NCBI GenBank assembly: GCA_032128875.1
Contig: JAVLKG010000001.1
Location: forward strand, 832,001-896,000
Direction: 5' to 3'
DNA from: Candidatus Melainabacteria bacterium 17Bon1m
GTDB lineage: Bacteria > Cyanobacteriota > Vampirovibrionia > Obscuribacterales > Obscuribacteraceae
DNA: 64,000 bases
Shown: positions 59,130 through 64,000 of the stretch, one piece after another
Layout: each line of letters begins with the position of its first letter
Numbering within the stretch: position 1 is the stretch's first letter
The notes under the pieces: generated by a model
Databases searched by the model: none
Seen by the model: the letters and a program-made list of their open reading frames with translations, nothing else
What the model was told of the DNA's origin: nothing
Translations under genes and position numbers: made by a program

Positions 59130-59343
59130 ACCTCTTTCGTACAGAGAGGTAAAGAAACGACTGGAGAGTGTGGGCTTTGTTGTGGCAACGCAAAAAGGAA
59201 GCCACGTTAAGTTTGTTCGTACTGAAAACGGAATGGTTCTGACAGCAATTGTTCCTAAGCACGATGAGATTGCTATCGGAACATTGAAGAGTATTTTGAG
59301 GCAGGCCGGAATAAACTTGGAGCAGTGGAACTCAATGAGTTGA
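59119..59343 (+). CDS. hicA: HicA family mRNA interferase toxin
   Basis: GF..QKGSHVKF..VPKHDEIAIGTLKSILRQAG; GAGGT before GTG 59119, overlapping hicB end. Confidence 0.9.
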   Translation: MPLKPLSYREVKKRLESVGFVVATQKGSHVKFVRTENGMVLTAIVPKHDEIAIGTLKSILRQAGINLEQWNSMS

Positions 59344-59346
59344 AGC

Positions 59347-59730
59347 CTAGTCGTTAACGCCGATTTCGGTGAAGAGGTAGTTTCCTTTCACCTTTTCGAA
59401 GATATAAATCTCTTCACCACAGAAAGCAAAGTATGCGGTCTTGTCTTTGACTGGGGTCTGTTTCAGCAAGCAGTCTCTTTGCTTTTTCGCGAAAATCTCA
59501 TTGCAATACACTATGAACTTTTTCCTGTCCATTGGTTTGTCGTACGAGTTGTATGGCAAGCGCGTCATTGAGGCAATTGCTTCTTTGTCGTTCTTCTGCA
59601 GAGCAGTTTTAAACTTTGTCCAGAACGCATCGAACTCTGCGTCTTTTCCAAACGCTGCGGGAGACAAAAGTGTGATTAGAGAGAAAATCGCGATCAAAGT
59701 TCTGCTGAACATACGCATCTCCAGGTGCAA
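59347..59730 (-). CDS. Small exported hypothetical protein
   Basis: Signal peptide; FDAFWTKFKTALQKNDKEAIASMTRLP (NTF2-like helix pattern). Confidence 0.65.
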   Translation of the reverse strand: MHLEMRMFSRTLIAIFSLITLLSPAAFGKDAEFDAFWTKFKTALQKNDKEAIASMTRLPYNSYDKPMDRKKFIVYCNEIFAKKQRDCLLKQTPVKDKTAYFAFCGEEIYIFEKVKGNYLFTEIGVND

Positions 59731-59802
59731 GCAACGCGGACGGCTTTTACATTGACAGCCAATGTCGCCTGAATAACCGAATATAATATCTCATCTACTC
59801 GA

Positions 59803-60225
59803 ATGTTGGCTCATTATCAAACAAAGAGGTCGCTAACTATGGAGCAGGACTATGAGCAGCTGGTGCAAGAGCTTGTGATGAGAGGTACGCTGGATGCTAA
59901 GGATCGAAAACGTCTAAATGATTGCAGCAAGTTACCTATCCCTAAAGCTCATGTAGCTGAGGTCGTGAGTAAAGCCCTGGAAGTGGCGGGCATCTTTCCT
60001 CAAACCGCATTGAAACAAGCAGGCACAGCAATTTATGAAGGTCATGTCCTGGAAAGGCTTGATGATGGGAGAATCGAGTTGCGATGCCAGCGTCACCAGG
60101 CAATGAATCCGTTTCAACTCGCAGAAGCGAGATCGTTAGGAATCTTCCCGGATGCAGCGACGGCAATTTTCAGATTTATTGAATTAGAATGGCCGCGCGG
60201 TATTGATGGAGTAGCGCTGAGGTAG
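59803..60225 (+). CDS. Hypothetical protein (start probably ATG 59839)
   Basis: GAGG before internal ATG; fills the intergenic gap. Confidence 0.55.
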   Translation: MLAHYQTKRSLTMEQDYEQLVQELVMRGTLDAKDRKRLNDCSKLPIPKAHVAEVVSKALEVAGIFPQTALKQAGTAIYEGHVLERLDDGRIELRCQRHQAMNPFQLAEARSLGIFPDAATAIFRFIELEWPRGIDGVALR

Positions 60226-60260
60226 AAAAATGGTCCCATGTCTTTGTGAGGTAACTCGGT

Positions 60261-61514
60261 TTGCGGCATCCTAAAGCAAGAATCATTCTGGTTTTGTCTG
60301 TTGTGCCGCTTCTGCTTGCGTTTCTTTTCCTTGGTAGTAAGACATACAACAAGTTGGGTTCTTTGGACTCTAAACACCGGACAGGGTGGAGTCAAAAGGA
60401 TCTCATCATCACCTACAGCTGTTCGCCACCGCCGGAAGAACGTTATGTAAAGGCGATTGCGGAGCAAGGCTACAACCTCTTGCCGATTGCTGAGGATGCT
60501 CTGCCATTTGCTGAAAAGTACAACGTCAAGGTTTTGCTTCAGCATGCACTGTTCAACATCAAAACGATGGAAAGTCCTATTGAACTCGAGCAGCTAAATG
60601 CACTGATTGATCGAGTTAAAGATAATCCTGCGCTTGAAGGCTATTACATTTTCGACGAACCTCAGGAAGCCGACTTTCCAAAGCTTGCGAAGCTTGTTCG
60701 ACACATAAAAGCGCGTGATCCGCACCACTTTTGCTTCGTCAATTTGCTGCCGATATTTGGTGTCAGAACAAAGAAAATCAAAGACCCGTCGCTGGTCTAC
60801 AAAGATCACATCAATGAGTACATTCGGCAGTTCAAACCCGACTTACTCAGTTATGACTATTACCCTTTTGTCAAATATGCAAAGGCTGAAGATGGACTTT
60901 ACTTCATTCAACTTCGCTTGATGCGGGATTGTGCAAGGAAAGCCGAGATTCCTTTTATGAATATTATTCAGGCGTGTCAATGGGATGTGAAGGATTGGCT
61001 GATGCCGACTCCTGCACAGTTGCGGTGGCAAGTATATACATCGCTTGCGTACGGTGCCCGGGCCATCAATTACTTTCTGTACTGGGGACCAAAAGCCTTT
61101 GGAGGCATGTATCAGGATGGTGTTGCAACCCCGCTGGTCGACGCTGCCGCTATTTTAAACAAAGAGATGAAAGCGCTGAGCTCGACGCTGATGTCTATGG
61201 AATCACTCTACATATTTCAAACTGACCCATTACCACCAGGTGCGTTGCCTATGCCCTATGGTTGCCCGTTGCAAATTACGTCACCGGGCCAATTTGTTGT
61301 TGGAGTCTTTGGCGAAGACCGGAAAGAGAAAGCATTTATGATCGTCAATCGTGATTTTTCAAAACCAGTTGTCGCGAGAGTAAAAGTGCTTGGAGCCGAG
61401 GCGCTCAGTGAGTTGCAGCGCCGCGACTCCACCTGGAAGACCGTCAGTCCGAATCAAAATGGTGAATTTGAAATTTCGCTGGAACCAGGAGACGGACGGT
61501 TTTTTAGGTTCTAG
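60261..61514 (+). CDS. Membrane-anchored glycoside-hydrolase-like TIM-barrel protein
   Basis: N-terminal TM; GYYIFDEP, LSYDYYPF, SLAYGARAINYFLYW typical of clan GH-A-like proteins. Confidence 0.6.
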   Translation: MRHPKARIILVLSVVPLLLAFLFLGSKTYNKLGSLDSKHRTGWSQKDLIITYSCSPPPEERYVKAIAEQGYNLLPIAEDALPFAEKYNVKVLLQHALFNIKTMESPIELEQLNALIDRVKDNPALEGYYIFDEPQEADFPKLAKLVRHIKARDPHHFCFVNLLPIFGVRTKKIKDPSLVYKDHINEYIRQFKPDLLSYDYYPFVKYAKAEDGLYFIQLRLMRDCARKAEIPFMNIIQACQWDVKDWLMPTPAQLRWQVYTSLAYGARAINYFLYWGPKAFGGMYQDGVATPLVDAAAILNKEMKALSSTLMSMESLYIFQTDPLPPGALPMPYGCPLQITSPGQFVVGVFGEDRKEKAFMIVNRDFSKPVVARVKVLGAEALSELQRRDSTWKTVSPNQNGEFEISLEPGDGRFFRF

Positions 61515-63999
61515 TTTTCGGAATTGAGAACTTAAAGGTACTTCCTTTTCCTTCTTCGCTTTCGACTGAAATCTCTCCTCCGTGCAACTCTACAATTGCT
61601 TTGCAGATTGCCAGACCCAGTCCAGAACCGCCTGCTTTAGTATGATCTTGCACGCTTACTTGCTGGAATCGGTCGAATATATTTGCGATTTTGTCTTGAG
61701 GAATGCCGCGCCCTTCATCCTGGACCCGGATGACAAGGCTGTCATTTATTGACTCTGCGCTCAGTCTAATGGAGGAATCACGTGGGGAAAACTTGATTGC
61801 ATTGGAAACCAAGTTTGTGACAACACGAGAGATTTTGTCTTCATCGACATTGAAGAGCAGGTCGTCAGAATTGCAGACGATGGAAACGCCGGATTCTGCC
61901 GCTAGAGGCGAGAGCGACTGGGCGGTGTGTTCAAGGAGTTTTGCCGCCGAAACATTTTCTTTCTCAAGTTCCATCATGCCCGCTTTGATCTTCTCTACGT
62001 CCAAGAGATCGTTGATAAGGCTCAGCATTCTACTTGCGTTCCTGTCTGCAAGTCCCAGCATCTTATTGGCTTTCTCCGTAAGTTCGCCCAGCAATCCGGT
62101 AGCGAGCATCTCATGGAAATTTCTAATTGTCGAAAGCGGAGTGCGCAAATCGTGAGTAATCATTGCCACCACTTCTTGTTTCATGCGCTCAGCTTCTTTA
62201 CGCTCTGTGATGTCGTGAATGACGCAGAACAGCGCTTTGTCCGCCTCGGACCAGGTCGCAGACCAGAGCGTGTCGATTTTCTTTCCGTCTTTCCTTACCA
62301 TTCGTACTTCAATGAGTTCTGGATCGCTTCCAGCCTTGAGTTTTTCGATTGCTGCAAGAGTTGTTTTTTTATCGTCGGGAAAAACAAGGTCGATGAAGAT
62401 CTTGCCGAACAACTCATCGGGTGTAAAACCTAGTATGGGTAGTGAAGCAGGATTGACCGCGCTGAAGTGTCCGCGCGCATCAATAGAACAAATTACATCG
62501 CTGGCGTTTTCAACCACTGCACGTTCCTTCCTTTGTGATTCGGAAAGAGCGTCAGCCATCGTGTGGAAAGTTCGATCCAGTGCGGCGATTTCGTCGTTGC
62601 CCGCAGTTAGCGGGTTCAAAGGTAGATTGCTAGCTAATCTCAGAGCATTGTCACCCATGATACTGACGCGCTTTGTGATACTACGAACGGTGAGGGCGAT
62701 AATGCTTAAGCATGTCAGAATAATTAGGCATTCGGCAATCAGTACGAAATTTATTCTGCCTCTGTACCACTCCTGCTGTTTGGCGCTACTGGTCGTTCTT
62801 TCCATCTCTTGATTCAGCATCGACATGAGATTGATCGACGATACATCCTTAATGTTGTTTTGAACTTGCCTCCAAGATGTTTGACGTGCAGGATTGCTTT
62901 CAAGCATCTGGGATTTCCATGTTGTCCATTCTCTATCCAGTTGGCGGTGCATGTTCTCCAACAGGCTAAAAACGCGATCGGAAGCGTCTTTGGACGACTG
63001 GATGATCGAAAGTTGATCGGGATCTTTGCTGCGCAATTCCTTGAGCATTTCGAAGCGAAAGTTAACCAGATTGCGCTTGTCCATGTATTTGACAATCAAG
63101 TCATCTTCCGCATCAGGAAAAAGCGGATGCACGCGATGTTCTGGTCTATTGTCGGGGCGCCCTGCTAGCTTGATGTCTGAGAAGATGGATTGAAAGATTG
63201 CTGTGTCTATATCTTTGAAGCAGGCATCAATTTCTTTGATAGCGTTCACCATCTTCAAAGATTCGACATTTCCCTTTGCCTCCGCATCGCTTTGTTGCTG
63301 CAGGTTCTGCAGCAGGGCGGCGAAGCCAATCAGTTGCAATATCAAAATGACAGTAATCCAGTTGAGACGCTCTGTAATCTTCTTTGCCAGAAGCAGAGCG
63401 ATTAGCAAAAGGGCAATTGTTTTGAAGCATAAACAGGCGATTTGAATATCATTTACTTGATGGGTCAGCTCCGTCTGGTGAAATTTGAGCTTTTCTGCCT
63501 GAGTATTTAGATTGCTCCTCAGCTCTTTCAGTTGATCGCTTATAACGGCTAGCTCATGGTTTTGAACTTGCGCCCATTTCTGATCGACTACATGTTGCTG
63601 GTTGAGAGGTACTAATTTGTACTGCTGTGATCTCAGCGCCAGTGTCGCGTTGATGTGTTGCATGGCTGTGTCTTTTGCCGTTGCGATCACACTTTGTTTT
63701 TCTTTGTCGTTTTCGACCAGCTTTTCGGCTTCTGCGAATTCGGAATTAAGTTTGGCAATATTGTTTTGAACATCTTGCACATCTGGTGTTTGTATCGGAT
63801 CGGCACAGGTGGCGACTATGTCCAGTGCGCGACGCGATATGCTGTCGATTTTATTGACTAGGGCTGTGCTGTTCGATGCTTGTGCTGCATCGGCTCGCGC
63901 GCTCTCGCCAAGTTTGAAAATCGTGATCCAAAACACCGACTCGAAAATGAGTCCTGCGACAATAAGACCGATAAGTTTTGGAGACAGTTTTTTGCCGAT
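61504..63999 (-). CDS. Sensor histidine kinase (TM sensor x2 - HAMP - PAS - HisKA - HATPase); 5' end outside window
   Basis: THDLRTPL, NLVSNAIKFS, DEGRGI, GSGLGLAI; frame open to window edge (IGKKLSPKLIGLIVAGLIFESV). Confidence 0.93.
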   Translation of the reverse strand: MGKKLSPKLIGLIVAGLIFESVFWITIFKLGESARADAAQASNSTALVNKIDSISRRALDIVATCADPIQTPDVQDVQNNIAKLNSEFAEAEKLVENDKEKQSVIATAKDTAMQHINATLALRSQQYKLVPLNQQHVVDQKWAQVQNHELAVISDQLKELRSNLNTQAEKLKFHQTELTHQVNDIQIACLCFKTIALLLIALLLAKKITERLNWITVILILQLIGFAALLQNLQQQSDAEAKGNVESLKMVNAIKEIDACFKDIDTAIFQSIFSDIKLAGRPDNRPEHRVHPLFPDAEDDLIVKYMDKRNLVNFRFEMLKELRSKDPDQLSIIQSSKDASDRVFSLLENMHRQLDREWTTWKSQMLESNPARQTSWRQVQNNIKDVSSINLMSMLNQEMERTTSSAKQQEWYRGRINFVLIAECLIILTCLSIIALTVRSITKRVSIMGDNALRLASNLPLNPLTAGNDEIAALDRTFHTMADALSESQRKERAVVENASDVICSIDARGHFSAVNPASLPILGFTPDELFGKIFIDLVFPDDKKTTLAAIEKLKAGSDPELIEVRMVRKDGKKIDTLWSATWSEADKALFCVIHDITERKEAERMKQEVVAMITHDLRTPLSTIRNFHEMLATGLLGELTEKANKMLGLADRNASRMLSLINDLLDVEKIKAGMMELEKENVSAAKLLEHTAQSLSPLAAESGVSIVCNSDDLLFNVDEDKISRVVTNLVSNAIKFSPRDSSIRLSAESINDSLVIRVQDEGRGIPQDKIANIFDRFQQVSVQDHTKAGGSGLGLAICKAIVELHGGEISVESEEGKGSTFKFSIPKTRT

Positions 64000-64000
64000 T

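Overview
Gene-dense bacterial chromosomal window with about 55 CDS and one tRNA. The repertoire (many TPR proteins, Hanks-type kinase-like proteins, tandem MshEN-like proteins, DUF4388 fusion, ArnT-like glycosyltransferases, TadE-like protein) suggests Melainabacteria/Vampirovibrionia (Obscuribacterales-like); this is inference only. Housekeeping genes include dapL, proBAC, hmgA, mltG, a ybaK-like gene, an ABC-2 transporter and an NCS1 permease. No CRISPR array, prophage, integrase or transposase was seen. Most notable: (1) a ~330 bp strongly strand-asymmetric intergenic tract with GGAG-cored units at an exact 42 bp period (candidate CsrB-like or SD-decoy ncRNA, or phased DNA element); (2) a shortened orphan BREX PglX-like methyltransferase in a housekeeping operon; (3) all three kinase-fold genes lack the catalytic Asp; (4) an atypical solitary tRNA-Glu(CTC); (5) an NDH-2/cNMP/CBS fusion; (6) a dispersed c-di-GMP module set; (7) a histidine kinase with an apparent doubled sensor region. 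All assignments come from motif reading by eye; no database searches were run.
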